Source of the DNA: Botryllus schlosseri
Taxonomy: Eukaryota
Assembly: GCA_051294905.1 (NCBI GenBank)
Contig: CM119372.1
Coordinates: forward strand, 12,216,001 to 12,280,000
Direction: 5' to 3'
Length of the DNA stretch: 64,000 bases
The position numbers and the translations under genes were made by a program. A model generated the notes under the pieces. The model did no database searches, was not told where the DNA came from, and was given only the letters and a program-made list of their open reading frames with translations. Position 1 is the stretch's first letter. The number at the start of each line of letters is the position of its first letter. Positions 1-15,200 of this stretch are shown one piece after another.

Positions 1-289
1 GGCTTTTTGAGTAAGACGCTATTGGAACAGCATTGTAGGGGAGGAGCAGCCCAGATAAACCTCTGACACACGCTACATCATTTTTATCGCTTTTCCTTTT
101 TATCTTTGATTTGCCTACATTGATTGTGTCATTTCAAGGACTACTCCACTTCATCTCAACACCATTCATGGCGATTAGGCTTAGCTTAGGTTATTTTGAA
201 TGCCTCACCATCATGATACTCGCTGTTTTGACACCGGCTATTCTGAATCCCTCACTACATGTGGTTCTAGTAACGCGTTTCATTTTCAG

Positions 290-3200
290 CATTGGAATGT
301 CCTGATCCAGCCACATTCCCCGATGCGACACTGATGTCGTGCACTGATGGGAGGAGCTTGGGTTCCATTTGCAGTTACGAGTGTCCTAGAAAAGTCGCGG
401 GTACCCTCCAACTTACCTGTCATGTCGATCCAGCGTCCGGATTGGACTATAAAGCTATTTTTGTTTATTCCGGAGACACGTGTGTGTGTAAGTTTGTCTG
501 AATACAGGTAGGCCTATATTTCTAATTTATTTTATTCATGGTGGATCTATCATCAGATATTGTACAGAAGTGGTTCCTAGTTGCCAGTGACCCAAATCTG
601 AGTTTTGCGTACATCTCACAACCTGCATTCTCAATATCAACATGCATGAAACAGGCAGACAAGATACCGAGGCCCCATTTTATCCAATCTCACAGTAAAA
701 GGTACTGTGGTGTCTGTGTTCGGGCAGCAAGTGTCTCTCTCTGCATGCCTCTTACCCATGCAAGCTAGAACTTTTTGCACTAAATGCGGGCAAGCCTTTC
801 TGTGACATTCTTCCCCACTCTGCATTAAAAGTCTAGGCACCCTCTTTTATGACCAGGCCACAACTTGTCAGCACCAGCCACTCATCGGATGCAGTGAGCA
901 GTGACCAAAGCCTGGTACATCCATGTTTGGGTCGGTGCCATAATTATAGAATCACCGGTGTAAAGAATGTGAAGAGTAATACGGCCCGTTTTGGACGGTT
1001 CTGCCTGAATTTTTATCTTGGTTTATGGCACATATAACGTCACAATTTATTCGACCAAATGGTATTTGTGAGCGTGAATCCGACTGCACGCCGGACAATG
1101 TTTTAACTGGTCTTTGATTTTAAGCAAATCAAGTACAATATGCATGAATGGAATGGAATGGAATGTTATGAAGTTCTCTTTTTGTAGATGTAAAGTGCCC
1201 CGATTTGGACAACAGCACGCTATCGACCGACACGACAATGACGTGCAACAACGAATTCTATCTTAACTCGGTTTGTACGTTCACCTGCGCAACCGGTGCA
1301 CGCATTTCAACGCCGTACGACACCATGAAATGTAACGACAGTGATAGCGACGGAGTGGGTGAATGGAATGTTGCCACCATGCCAAACTGTCTGGGTATAC
1401 TACCTCGTCCTGGCCGTACCTGGCTTTTATGTGATGCTGCTTTAGTTAACATTTTATTAAGCAAAATTGCATCCGGCAATATACCTTACCGTAATTTTCC
1501 ATGTACAATGCGCAAAATTTTACCGATTTTTTGCCCTAAAATTGGGGGGTGCGTATTATACATGGGGACAACAAGCTTTGAAAAAAATTTCCCTCCATAA
1601 AAACTTGATACCACACCTTTCATCGTGTTTGTTTCCAATCGCGCATCACTTTCAGTCATATCGCCCGGGAATCAGTGTAACGCGCTGCCAATTAGCGAGA
1701 AGCGTGTTGCCAATTACCGAGCAGCACAGCACGCGGTCTTCTGCTGAGTTAGTTTGCCGTTTGCACGCGAACGAAATTATGTCATTGAGCATGAGCATTG
1801 CTGCGCGCGCGGCAATCCTCGCTAGTTCATAGCGTCAATGTCAGGGCTCAACAATCGCATATGCAACAGGCCATGCGTGCAAGATATAATCGCTTGCGTA
1901 ATCAGTCGCATCTCTAACAGACCTGGCCTGAGTAATCGCATCTGTAATAGGCCTCGTGCGCAAGATGTCGTGTCGCTGGCCTAAACTATATCGTCGCAGG
2001 CTTTGCTGCTAACTACTTTCGTTTACAGACAATGCCGTTAATTGTATTATTATTAGCAATCGCATCTGTAATAGGCCTCGCGCTCAAGATGTCGTGTCAC
2101 CGGCCTGAACTATCGCGACGTCAGCCTCGCAGGCTTTGGCTGCTATCTACTATTGTTCAAAGACAATGCCGTTAATTGCATAATGATTAGCGATGGTTCG
2201 GTCATGATTGTTGAACACTGAAAACAGAATGACATCGTATACTAAAACACAGCTCTTCGTGTACTGCGAATGCAGGGTGCGTGCTATACATGGGTACAGG
2301 CTTTTTCCCAGAATTTGCAGGCCATTTTAAGGGTGCGTATTATACATGGAGGCGTACTATATTCGGAAAATTACGGTATCTTGAATTGAGATGAGTTGGA
2401 GTATTTGGTTGTATTAAGGTAAGCATCGGCCGAGTACGCTCGTTTTTTTTTAAAAAAGATATCTTGAATTGAGTTGCACCGATTCCAACAACGAGATTTC
2501 TAGTTGTAATATTAAGGTAATTAGAGCGAAATGCAGGTAATGGAATTCTAGTCTGATTTGTGAAATGTTTCTATGCTCTGATTTTAATTCGAATCTACTT
2601 TCTGGTTTTCCGGAAAATGCTAACGGAGAACTGTACAGTGCGAACCAAGCCAGACTTGCCGTAATTTGCTATTCTCTTGCTCATGACAATGAACTTTGAT
2701 TTGATGCAAACTGACCTTGACCCTTGATGACCGAGTTTCGCAAATTCTTTCTAAACTAACTTGAAAAAAGCTGTAGCGATAATTCTAATTGTAGTTTAAT
2801 TCGGAAAGACTGTTCAGCCATAATTCCGTTTCTAGTGTAATTTGAAGAAAGAAACTGTAGCTATAATTCCGATTCCAATTTAATTTGGAAAAGTTGAAAA
2901 TTTTCTAGTCGTCCTTTTCGTGTTCAGGAAAACAAAGTACATAGGTACTCTTGTTAGCATCAATCCAGAATGCCTTCTCTGGCATATTAATTTCACTCAG
3001 CTGTATCAAATTGTACCAGGAATAGCTGTATTGTTTCCCAAATCATACAAGTAGCAAAATTTGCATTTGACAACACGCAATAGCTATAAAGATGCCATAT
3101 ACAGATTCAACACTGCGTCTGACTGCGGTCAAACAACTCGCTAGCGATACATTGTTGCTATTGCTTGAGTGTGATTGTTGGTTTCTGTTACAGCTATAAT

Positions 3201-6200
3201 AACCTGTAGTCCGATCGCGCCAAGCATGATACCAGATAATCTTGAAATGAATTGTACCGACTCGAATGAACTCGGGTCGGTGTGTGTTTTCTCATGTGAC
3301 GAAGGTTTCAAACTTGCTGGTGGCGTTGATAGAATGGAATGTTTGGACCCTGATAATGATGGCCGAGGCGATTGGGATGAAATGATTCCTCTCTGCGAAC
3401 GTGAGTGTTGAGCGATATGAAAACTATTATTGTACCACTGTGTGTTCGGATGTCTTGTCTATCTGTAGACGTTGGTGGCACTTTAATTAGCCTTAGGTCG
3501 ATAAGATTATTTGTTTCATCCGTGTACTGATAATTCAAATAAGTAGTGGTCGTAGCAGTCAACACCTTCATGGTTAAAGGGCCATAAGTTTTGTACACCC
3601 ACTTGAGTGTTGATAATTGAACAAATAGGTCATCACATCGTTCGACTTTTTTAGTCATCAGCATCCTAAATCAGATTTTTGGCTGACCTGGCAAGTTCAC
3701 AAGTTCACACGAAATAACGTGGACGATTAATATGAAGATATAACTAATTTTGAAAATCTCCGCTCAAATAACTAAGAACCGTCTTGACCAACCCTGTCGC
3801 GCAGGGTAGAATCACTATGCTGCTCGCCACTTGGCCAATATTGTGAGATAAGAATGATGGTTGAGAAACCTGCCTTAATGCCATGAAACTGAAAACTCCT
3901 TTTGCAGCTGCTTGTTATTTCGGGCATCATCAATTGACGGCACCTAGCATCATCTCCACTGATTGACATTCTTGTGGAAAGTTGTGAATATATGTCCGCA
4001 TGCTAAATGAATTGTCGATACGTGGAGATTTGTAGCGATGACCTCGCTGGATTACTCTGTTGTGTTAACGCAGTTCAATTGCGATATTCAAATGCATGGC
4101 GTCGTCTCGTTTTTCTTTTGCAGGAATTGTATGCTTGCCGGAATATTCGTTTCTGTACAAGGGGTATATTAACTGCACCGACTCCAATTACTACGGGTCT
4201 TCTTGCAATTACTCTTGCGAGTACAGCCATCGTTTGGTCGGCTCTGAACCGGCGGTATGCTCAGATCCAGATGGCGACGGAGTCGGTCACTGGAACGACA
4301 CCTTGCCTATTTGCGAAAGTAAGACTTTTGATCTTTTCTGCAATGCATCTATTGCGATCCCAGGCAATTTACTTTATGCGAGGTCTCACAGGGTTTCTTT
4401 CCGGTAGTGTTCAACGCGTACGGTAAGGAAAGACAAAGCCCAACCTTCTTTGCTTCTCTTCAATCTTTAATTGGTTGACACAATGTCTTACGAATACGAA
4501 TACGTACGTACGAGTACGGTAAACTGAAATCAAAATACTACAATAAATACACAATCTAACCTAACCCTAACTTGAAAACTTACCAACTTTCTCGGCTCTA
4601 CTCTAACTACAAATTCGCGCCAACTACTATACGAAATGTATCCAGCCGGACATGACGTCAAAGGGTTATAGCTAAATGTGAATGATGCACAACTGCACAA
4701 TCTAAACATAGATACTACGTCTCTAACAGCATCTGTGAATGAATTGTGACGTTTACTGTCTCATTATCGGGTTTGAGATTAGGTGCCATTGAAGAGAGGT
4801 CCATGATTTCTGGAATGTTTGGGCGATTCTCAGAAGTGACCAAAGGAGATGTATTTTCGCTCGGGTACAAGTAAAGATAGCTTATTAGCGGACCGAAAAT
4901 TCTTCAGAAAAATATAAAACTCTTCCAAGTCTCATAAGTAGAGAGAGAAAGAGTCATTCAGTTGTTTTTCTATCAATCACATTGACTGAACATTCTAAGA
5001 TTTTCGCCCCAGAATTGACCCGTTCATTATTTTCGACCCCTTCTCGAAAATGTACCCAGTGGCGATATCACCCCCTCTGGGAACCACTGGTTTAGGATGA
5101 TAAGTTCCCTGGCGATTCTAAAAGACTGAACTTGGACATTTTGATTTAATCTGTGTTGACTCAGTAACAATGACTCAATGACTTCTTTACCTCTGAATCA
5201 AAAATGCACAAGTACAACACATGCGCCCTATTTCTTGTCGCTTCCTTTTTCTATACTATCTTCTTTACTTTCATTCAGTGTGCATGCCTCCTCTTTACAT
5301 CGCCTAGGCCAAGGTGGGTGTCCGATTCCATAGACAACTCCTAGTCGCTTCGACATCTTCCTTTCTTTTCATTGTATCGCATTTTTTGTGGTGTATTGAA
5401 CTGATAAAATTGCTAATAAACCAATGATGATGATGATGATGCCTCTGTGACGCCCTCAAGTTTCAATGACTACTTCACCTCGGAGTCAAAAGCGCATAAG
5501 TACAGCACACGCGCGTCAACGAAGAACAACTATCATATGAACGGGACGGAATACAAGAAAACGCATTGCTCTATCAAGTATGCCGGACCCCAATTGTGGA
5601 ACAGCATCTCGCCGGCTATCCAACAGTTGTCGGGCATGTCTTCATTCAAGTCGAAATACAGGGCAATTTTGTTCTGAATACTGGCCAGCCTTCAGATTAC
5701 CGGACCACAACCTAACATTGACCTCGCTCTCCGCCACATGCCACCTCATTTTGTCGCTTTCGTCTTATATTCTCTGCATTACTTTTCATTCAGTGTGCAT
5801 GCCTCTTCTCTACTTCGCCTAGGCTAAGGTGGGTGTCTGATCTTAAATGCTACTCCAAGTAGTTTCGACACCTTCCTATCTTTTCATTGTATCGTAGTCT
5901 TGTGATGTTTTAAAATGATGAAAATAATAATGAACTGATTTATGTCATCGCTGGAATTTTTTCTCTTCTGAGTAAGTGGTGGAAATGTTAAGTACTTGGT
6001 TATTGACAACGGGTATATTGGGAAAGATTCACGGCTTAGATTTTCCAGACCGAAAAGAGCCAGAATGATGTCATGACTTTTTTGTTTTTCTCCAGATATT
6101 TGCAGATGTACGAAAATATATACGGTATCTACACTCTCTTTCAGAGTATGTGATCGTGCCCCCTTCCGATTGCTCGATCAATCCCGAACCGGCAAGTGGC

Positions 6201-9200
6201 ACAATGAAATGCACCGATAACGGTTTCTTTGGATCGGTGTGCTCGTACTATTGTGACGCCGGATTCGTGCTGTTCGGGTCTGAGGATATTGAGTGTATCG
6301 AAAATGTGAACGGGACAGGGGAGTGGACCGATGTCTTTCCGATTTGCCTGAGTAAGTAGGCGAAATCCAAAGAAAATCGTTACTTTCGGTTTGTTTCAGT
6401 AAATTTCAGTGTTAACCGACATCCATTTTAGCTAACCCCGCCATGATTGCTGTGGAATCAGAGAACCAAGTTTTCGTATTCTTGCAGCCATATCTTGGCC
6501 GAAAGAAAATGAAAATTATACAAAATTAGGATTTTCTCGGAATGTCAAAAACAGACATAATATACCCTGCTTCCACGGCGACGATTATTTCATTTGGGAG
6601 TCGATTCTTAGTGATACCGCAGAAGTAGCGTAAAAAGTGGTTGAGTCAAAGCGATGAAGGAAGGAAAGGACGTAGTTTATTTTTGTCCTTGATGTTTTTT
6701 GCGGCATATACACCGACTCATGATACACATAGACACGATCTGTGCATATGCATACCATGAGTGCATGATGTGCATATGCCGCTGGACAAGGAAGTACAGA
6801 TGTAGCCTTACGGTTTTCTAAGTCATGCACCAACCCTCCATGCTATCCCAGTAATGCATGAGCGCCAAGCAGGGAAGTCATGGATACCAGTGTTACTAAT
6901 CAGGTCTTTGGTCTGACCCGGCTGGGGATCGAATCCACGACCTACCGATCAAGAAGCCGGACGCTTCACCATTACGCTATCTTGTCGGATGACCATTTTT
7001 TTAGTCAACACAGCACGATTTTCAGTAAAAATTTCAAAATCAGCTGGTTTCGATGTCGGTAAACTAACTTTTATGAATTTTAAAAAGTTTCCTCTCCCTA
7101 TTCCAGAATATGGTAACCCTATCCAATCAAAACTTGAGTTTTATTCTGGAAATTTGCTGAATCTTGTTCCCTTGCAAGGGCGGAGTGAATGAATTTTATC
7201 TTCGATGATGCCGGCATTCGAAGCTTGTTTAAAAGATGATTCGTTGACAGCGTATCTTGGCGAGTGTGTCACGTCAATGTACGATCCGGACCATGGCAGC
7301 GTCAGTTGTACCGGGAAAAATTACGTCATGTCCGAATGCACTTACACCTGCGAAGACGAATATCATATCGTCGGTGCCGCGGTCGTCTCTTGTCAAGATA
7401 ATGACTTGGACAGGTTTGGCGAATGGTCTTCAGACCCACCTGTATGCTTCCGTAAGTTCGCATACTTTGCATTTTCAACATTCTATCGCTGTGAAGGTCC
7501 AGAATTTAGGCTCACAGTAATATAATAAATGCATCATTTAATTTTTGCATGATATGAATGTCATCGAAATCGTTTGTCTTTTATCCAGGGCTGTGGAGTC
7601 GCAGTCGGAGTTTGGCCGATTTTCACTTAATGGAGTCGGAGCCATGAAAAGCCATGAAAACTATAATGGCTGGAGTCGGAGTCGTGGGAAAAATACTGAC
7701 TGGAGTCGGAGTTTGTGCAAATGACCCTGACTCCGACTCCAACTTCTCTATCATGAAAACAATCGCTTCCAAAGGATTTTCAATAGAATTTTTATGTACC
7801 ACTAATCACTGTTGTTAATGACCATACAGATCAGGTACGGCCAACCCGTGGCACACAGGCCAAGTACTATACCGCGGGAAGCTTTTGTGTGGCCTGCGAG
7901 GTAATTCTCCAAATTATTCATAGCATCAGGTAATATTCCAAGGCCAACCAAAATTTGATTTGCCTGACGGCGAAATTCGATGATGACTAAAACATCAGTT
8001 CTGACGCATCGGCGTATCCGGGGGGTCAGCCACATTTATCGCAGATCTTCGTATAGGACCAGCATAAACTAGAATATTTCGTAGCAGATTTATTTGACTA
8101 GAAGTCTTACTCGGCACTTCGTATGATTGTCACTAGATTTCTTGCATTCAGTATTGGAGCCCCTTTCTGAAAATTTTAAATACATGTTATTTACAGAATT
8201 GAGTCTAACTATATTCGCAATTAGGAGATAACGTGTCGTCGAACATGCGGCTTCGCTTGTGCACTCGCAGCGAGATCGTCGACGACGAAAGATTTTCACA
8301 AAATGATAGCGGCATGTTCACCGAAACCGTCGATATTGCTATAACGTCAAATAATCCTGTCCTTGCCAAATGAGCCCAGTGGTATACAGATGCGACCCCC
8401 AGTATATGTTAGTAACATATTCATTGATAGAATTCAGTCATTACCTTTGGAAAAAGTGCGACCAGGGCATGACTGCCCACTGCACAGCTGCATGACATAA
8501 TTGTTACCAATTTTAGAGCGTAGTAATATAAGTTTGGTTTGCAATGTTACCTAATTCGGTTCGCTCCTATCGGACGACTAAAAAAGGTTATCGACATTCC
8601 AGTTGCCGCCCAATGGTTCTTAAATCTCATGTATCCCTATGGCCGAAAAAGTTGGCCACCCCTGATATCGATAAAATTAGACATTACTTGCAAATTACAA
8701 CTCAGTTGCATAGAGGAAGAAAATCGCAATACGCATTTTTGCGATGCAGTCAAAATTGATGCAATATTTGGAATTATACCATGATGGGCCTACTGTGACA
8801 GAGCAAATGCTTCGGCTGGTTTTGTAAAATTGTAAAATTGATGTAAATATAACCAAACGATGCTTCCCACTTGACAAAATTAAAAGTATTTGTATTGCAG
8901 TGTAGCTTAGCTGTTTGGGTCGAACAAATGATTAGGAAAGACTGCAACGCCTAGTCCACTGAATGCTTGACTAAGTACATGTAGGCTAGACATAGGCTAT
9001 GGTATTTGACTACTTACTGAATTTCGTTTATGACCAATGTCTATTAGTACCGGTAGTAAAAGTTGTGTGCTTGTAATCATGTGTAATGAGAAAATTGGTA
9101 AGTTCAAACTCTATAATAGTTGCTGACTCATACACATGTGCAAAAGCTACACTTGGATTTTTTATCTACATTTTAATTATACAGGATTAGATATATGTCA

Positions 9201-12200
9201 TAGTTGAATGATTCATACGTATTAGGATATTAGAGAGTCCACCTTATAAAAGCTTATAAAATATGAAAAAGGAAGGATATTTAGCCAATGATTCTTTCAT
9301 GTTAATTGCATAGTGGATAATTCGAGCTGTGCCAGAATGAAACAAGTTTGCATGCCACCGTTAATCATATGTTTGCATATGTTTAATGGTTGTATGATAG
9401 TCATTCAACCGACAGTGTGGCATATAATTTTCGAATTAAATTGGTAATACTGTTGTAGTCGGAGTCGGTACGTTCAAAGACTCAGGAGTCGAAGTCGGTC
9501 CAATAAAAATGTGTGGAGTTGGAGCCGGTGGTAAAAGTTACCGACTCCACAGCCCTGCTTTTATCGCAAGAATTCTGCAGATTCTCAAACTTCTATGAGA
9601 TCCGAGACCCATTCCCGAAAGCAATCTCCATTTGACCACCTTCTAGTTTGTGTCTTACCTGTATTCACAACGCATGTTTCATGACCCACAGCTTGAGAAT
9701 CAGAACTGTGTTTATTTGATTCGACCATATGTGTGCATTGCACAATACACAGAAAAGTGTAAAGTGAACAATCAATCGGTAAGGAACGCACGCATTTTTT
9801 ATTCAGCCGACGTGGTACGGTGCGTTCCGACACATCAGACACCCAACAATTCAGTGTTGACGTGTACAAATGGAAATATCAAAAACTCCATCTGCACGTT
9901 CACTTGTGACGCCGGTTACTATGTGGACGGATCAAAAACGTCAGAGTGCACTGATGCTGATAACGACGGCATCGGCACTTGGAGTGCTGAAACTCCAACT
10001 TGCGAATGTAAGGACACATTATGTCATTACCCTTCGTTTTTTATGTTTACCGCCTGCTGTGGTAAGTGCTGATACGTCTACAATGTTTTTGTGCGATTTC
10101 GCCAGGCATACTGTCAATTTACCCAATTTTGTGATTGCTTAGTTGATATCTTGTTTCATTACTTCATATCCTATTAGATTAATCTTAGAAATTAAAAAAA
10201 AGAACTTTTGGCCTCAACTCTTTGAATCATCGCCGAAACGTTAGGTCCTACACAATTATCCGGAAAGTATTCGATCACCACAAATAGTGCTACTGGTTAC
10301 CTACCCATATATAAGTAGAAGTGACACCATCAATTTCTACTCAATTACAAGTAGAAATAGCGATTTCCGAGATATGTCAAACCACTTCGTATGGAAGTAG
10401 AAAATGAAGGTCAAAAAAGTACTCAATTGGTTTCAAAAATTAGATTCAGTCGAAACGTCGTATAATGGAACGATGGTGTCTACTTTTGAGATTACAGAGT
10501 GTACCTTCGTGACTACAGTAACACAACATGGCTAATGACACTACAAATAGATGCAATTTTTGAAAATATATCCAGTTAAAAGTGACACGGGCTATTTAAT
10601 GCAGTCCCAATGACAATATCACTCATAAAAGTCATGCAAATTTATCCTAAAACTTCTCCCTACTAGAACTACTTTGTTACTGACAATCTCCGTTCCTTAG
10701 CCCAATACGAATACTGCAAAATAATTGGTTTAATCGGTCTATTACTAGAATGTTGCAATTTTGCAACAGTCCTACGTACGGTAGAGAGAGATATCATCAC
10801 CAGTTGATACAATCTGATGCTTGGATTTTCGACCATTCGTGTATCTGCCATCAACGGCGGTTATCACGTAACTCAACTAATCACTACATTTCTTTTCCAG
10901 TGATAACCTGTGACCTCATAGATCCCGATGATTTAACGTCCGAAACGGCATTCTATTGCACCCATGAAAACTACGGCAACAGCGAATGCGCGTTCTCGTG
11001 CCCGGAAAAGTTTGGACTCGGCCCTGTCGCTAACATTACATGCTTGAACGTTGACGACAGCGATACCGGAGAATGGAGCGCAGCCGTGCCTGAATGCTTA
11101 CGTGAGTGTTCACCATGAGCACTCGTGTTCAAGACGCATTTTTTCACATAAAACACAGTCGCCTGAAAAAGATGCGTTTCATGTGAAGGAAAAATAAATT
11201 TCCATTGGTGTACATTGTTCACTGTTCAGTGAATGTCTAAGTGCTTTTATGCGTGTTGTATAACCTGATTCTCATACATTTTTATCGTTACGATTACCAC
11301 ATAATTACTGGTACAACTGAATTTATCTACCATGATTTTAAAAATTACATTCCCACCTCATACTTTACCAATTGGTTTATCTTCAAATATCTGTTAATAT
11401 ACTTGGTGTTGCGCCGTTTGTTCTTAAAGGGGCACTACGCTCAATAAATGATGTGGTCTCAAATTGACGGGCAATGGGCCGCAGCCATTTACTTCAGAAC
11501 GCCGCCGTAATGGAGCTGCAATTTGTTGAAATTTCCACAGGACCTTCACGCTCCAGCTGCCACGGCTGCTTGACCCGTTACATGGCACGATGTCTTCACC
11601 GTGGCACTTGCTCGACGAGATTAGCCAGTCACGCAGGGAACGAACTTTAGACAGATTTCCATCATAGCTTCGGCTGACAGCGATCTAAAGTTCGTTCCCT
11701 GCGTGACTGCCTAATCTTGTCGAGCAAGTGCCACGGTGAAGACATCGTGCCATGTAACGGGCCAAGCAGCCGCGGCAGCTGGAGCGTGAAGGTCCTGTGG
11801 AAATTTCAATAAATTGCAGCTCCATTACGGTGGCGTTATGAAGAAAATGGCTGTGGCCAAATCTTCTTTTTTTTTAATTTTGCCCTTCAATTTGAGACCA
11901 CATCATTTTTTAAGCGCAGTGCCCCTTTAATAAAGGGCACACGATAACTCTTCAAGTTAAATAAATTAGACTGCCCGAAGTGCTGAGAACTATATTCAAG
12001 TTAGTACCACCAGTCACCTATTTCGTGACTTTTCCGGAAGTGCAAGTAGAAGTAGTGATTTCAAAGTAGGCTAAGTGTAAATGCAAGTATTCTGGGCCTG
12101 GTTTGGGCTAAACTGAAAGCTGTGAAGTAGAAGTAGCGTAAAATCATGACCATTTGAGTAAGTAGGCGAAACAGACTCGGAGAACTGATGAAATTTGTAT

Positions 12201-15200
12201 ATTTTTGCAGCTATATCGTGCGCATTCGATCCGGACTCTTTAGACGACACCACTGTCTACGAATGCTCGGAATCTAACAGGCTTGGCTCGGTTTGTAACT
12301 TTACCTGTCCGTCCGGCATGAAATTGACGACCAGTCACAGCAGCGTGACGTGCCAGGATCCCGACGGGGACGAAATCGGCAATTGGAACCAAGCTGTCCC
12401 GGACTGCGTTCGTAAGATATCGTTGTGATATCATTTCAGCAGATGTATCGGCTCCATAGGATCTATGAATTTCCTAATAATTTTTAGTGCTATTTTAGCA
12501 CTCTGAAAAAAAATAGCAAGAGCCATGATTTCGTTGTTACTAGTCTCCTCGCCGTTCTATGGTCGGTGGTCCGCCCACTCGTCGGCAGCTACTTTCAAAT
12601 GTTTTTCACACAACATCCATTGTAGTAGAATAACTTCAAGACTTTTCGGGATTCTCTCTTCAATAGTTAACGGCACACCGAAGGGATTTAAATATATTAA
12701 AAAGCAAAACCAAAAAGGCAAAGTATGAAGCAACAATAAAAATCACAGACCATGAGATTCGCATTTAACAATAACAAACTTTGAAGTATAAGGTACTATA
12801 CGGCCGTAAACCAAACTTTACGCTGATTGGTCGAGAGACAATGCGAGTTGGTGAGTACTCGCAGGCTCGTCAAAAATTAGAGGGAACATTGCTTGGGAAT
12901 GCAGAGTAAGAAGGCAGGACTTCAAGCCTACGTCCACAAGCTTCATTTTCTCCTACCACTTTTGCAAGGAAGATTTTGCTGCTAGTGCATTAGATACACC
13001 ACGGAGATTGTGACTGAGTATCGCACCTCTCTTTAGAGGTGATTTTCCAAACTGTATTGGTGTATTTAATGCACTTTGGAAGGAAATGAATGAAAAGATC
13101 TGTTCTTCCCCAGTTCATTGCCATTAGTGGCACTGCATTTATAAACACAGTAGTATTTTGGTTATTCGGTTTCAGTAATTCTATTATTGATGAATAAATA
13201 AACATTTAACTGTAATCTTGTCGTTTCTATAGTCTACACGACTATAGGAATATATTGTAGTGCCAACTAGGCTTAGGTAAATGCAGCGTTCTCCGTTGCT
13301 GCGTCGTTTCCATGGCCATTGTCTCTCGACAAATCAGCGTAAAGTTTGGTTTACGGCCGTATAGTAGCAGCACAATTTGTAAATAAACAGCTACCAACAC
13401 GAAACAGAACAAACTAATTTGTAATTTGTAAGTTATAGAGAAAATCTTTTTGTCTGCTTAAAACAGGTTTGGTCAATTGAATAATGGTAGACTCCAACAC
13501 TTTTAAATAAAACAAAGATCGGCCTCGCGCAATGACAGTGAACATATTGTCATTATAGTGTTGTGCGCCGGCGAGGTTTTCACTTGAATGTTGACCAATC
13601 GGCAAAGCATATGCGTGGTAATCGTCATAACAATCTGTTTTGGCAGCTAATTTGCATTGGCGTGAGAGCTCCTTGCGGTCATTTGCGCACGTTTTTGAGC
13701 GCATCAATTTGGGAATATGCTGCTTAACACGCTCAAACAATGGATGTTGTATTGAAAGCTATATTCTGTACCACGAACCAGCTATTAAATGCTTTGCGCG
13801 AAGTCTTAACTTTCCTATTAGCTTCTTGCCGGGCTCATTGATTGTTTTAATCATATGAATGAGACATTACAACCCACATATTTGACATTTGCCAAATTTT
13901 GAACAACTCTACTATGCCCAGATCCTGTGTATGTAAAAAACAACAAGGACAAAAATAAATAACTTCCTATTCCTACATGTCCTAATTTTTTGAAACTACA
14001 AACAGCCATCTACTGTCCCGCATTGACAATCGAACCGGACACCCTGTACTCTTGCACCGACGCGAATCGGGGTAATTCCGTGTGTGACTTCCAATGCGGC
14101 GTGGGCCTGAAACTCGACAACGGCGTTGAATCGATAAAATGCGAAGACTTGGACGGTGACGGGATTGGAGCGTGGTCCAATACTGCCCCGGACTGTATCT
14201 GTGCGTACATGCTTTTTATTTCCCAAAGTTGTTTGCTAAGTTTCGTCCGATTCCTTTCAGTTATCGTGTGCCCCGTGATAAATCCAGCGGATTTGAGTCC
14301 AGAAACGAGCTTCATTTGCACCAATCTCAATTTTGGGAATTCGATTTGCACCTTCTCGTGCCAGGCGCATACGAGGTTTAAAAGCGACGTGAGCAAGGTG
14401 ACTTGTGTCGATAAGAATGATGATGATGTCGGCGAGTGGAGTCACGACCTGCCGTTTTGTAAGTTGAGCCAACCCTACATTTCAGTTAAGTGAAAACCTA
14501 TATTAATGTAGACGATACGTAGCGACAACTCATGCCACATAAAATGCCACAATGCTGAAGTACATATTGACGTTTTAAACGTCACCAAATGTATCAACTG
14601 GGGCTATCAAATGATATAATTATCCCATAAAACAATATATTCCGTCGTTTTGCCAACAATTTCGACGAGGACTTGCAAGGGAATATAAGCTTACCCTTAA
14701 CGATCCAGGCCAGACCGGACAATGTAGGCCTACTTGCCGTCTGAGTATTGCTACGTTGATATTGAGCAGAGTGTAAAACAAATTTCTATACTTGCTACCG
14801 AAATTACCCCATCAACAAGTTCTACAGCAGCAGCCAACAACGCAATCGCATGGATTTGGTTTTTATGATACAATAAACGTATGAAATGAAGATTGACCCC
14901 ATACGCCTGCTAGATTTTTTACATCAGACAACGATATCAACTTCATTGATTGGTTAAATAAGCATCATTCGCTGACTGTCTACATGTAGCGTATTTCGCT
15001 CTTGATGTTGTGAGATTGCGGGTCCAGCTCAAAGCAAAGAGTCACTAAATATTTGAGCAAGCTTTTGTAAAGGAAGTCAAATTTATGAGATTGTCAAGGT
15101 ACATGCTCGTTTAGTGTTAATATTTTATGCTGCCAGCGCTATCCATGTAGTGACCCGCAGTTGAAATGCAATAAATTTCGACCAAAGATGTTATAATGAA

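Noticed and set aside
4555..4575. CTAACCTAACCCTAAC telomere-like repeat
   Set aside because: Only 2-3 imperfect units; such motifs are common inside invertebrate repeats.
7586..7745. GGAGTCGGAG repeats with varying spacers, superficially CRISPR-like
   Set aside because: The repeats are short and irregular, mirrored at the other end of a TIR/TSD-bounded element, and the context is eukaryotic with no cas genes. They are subterminal transposase-binding motifs.
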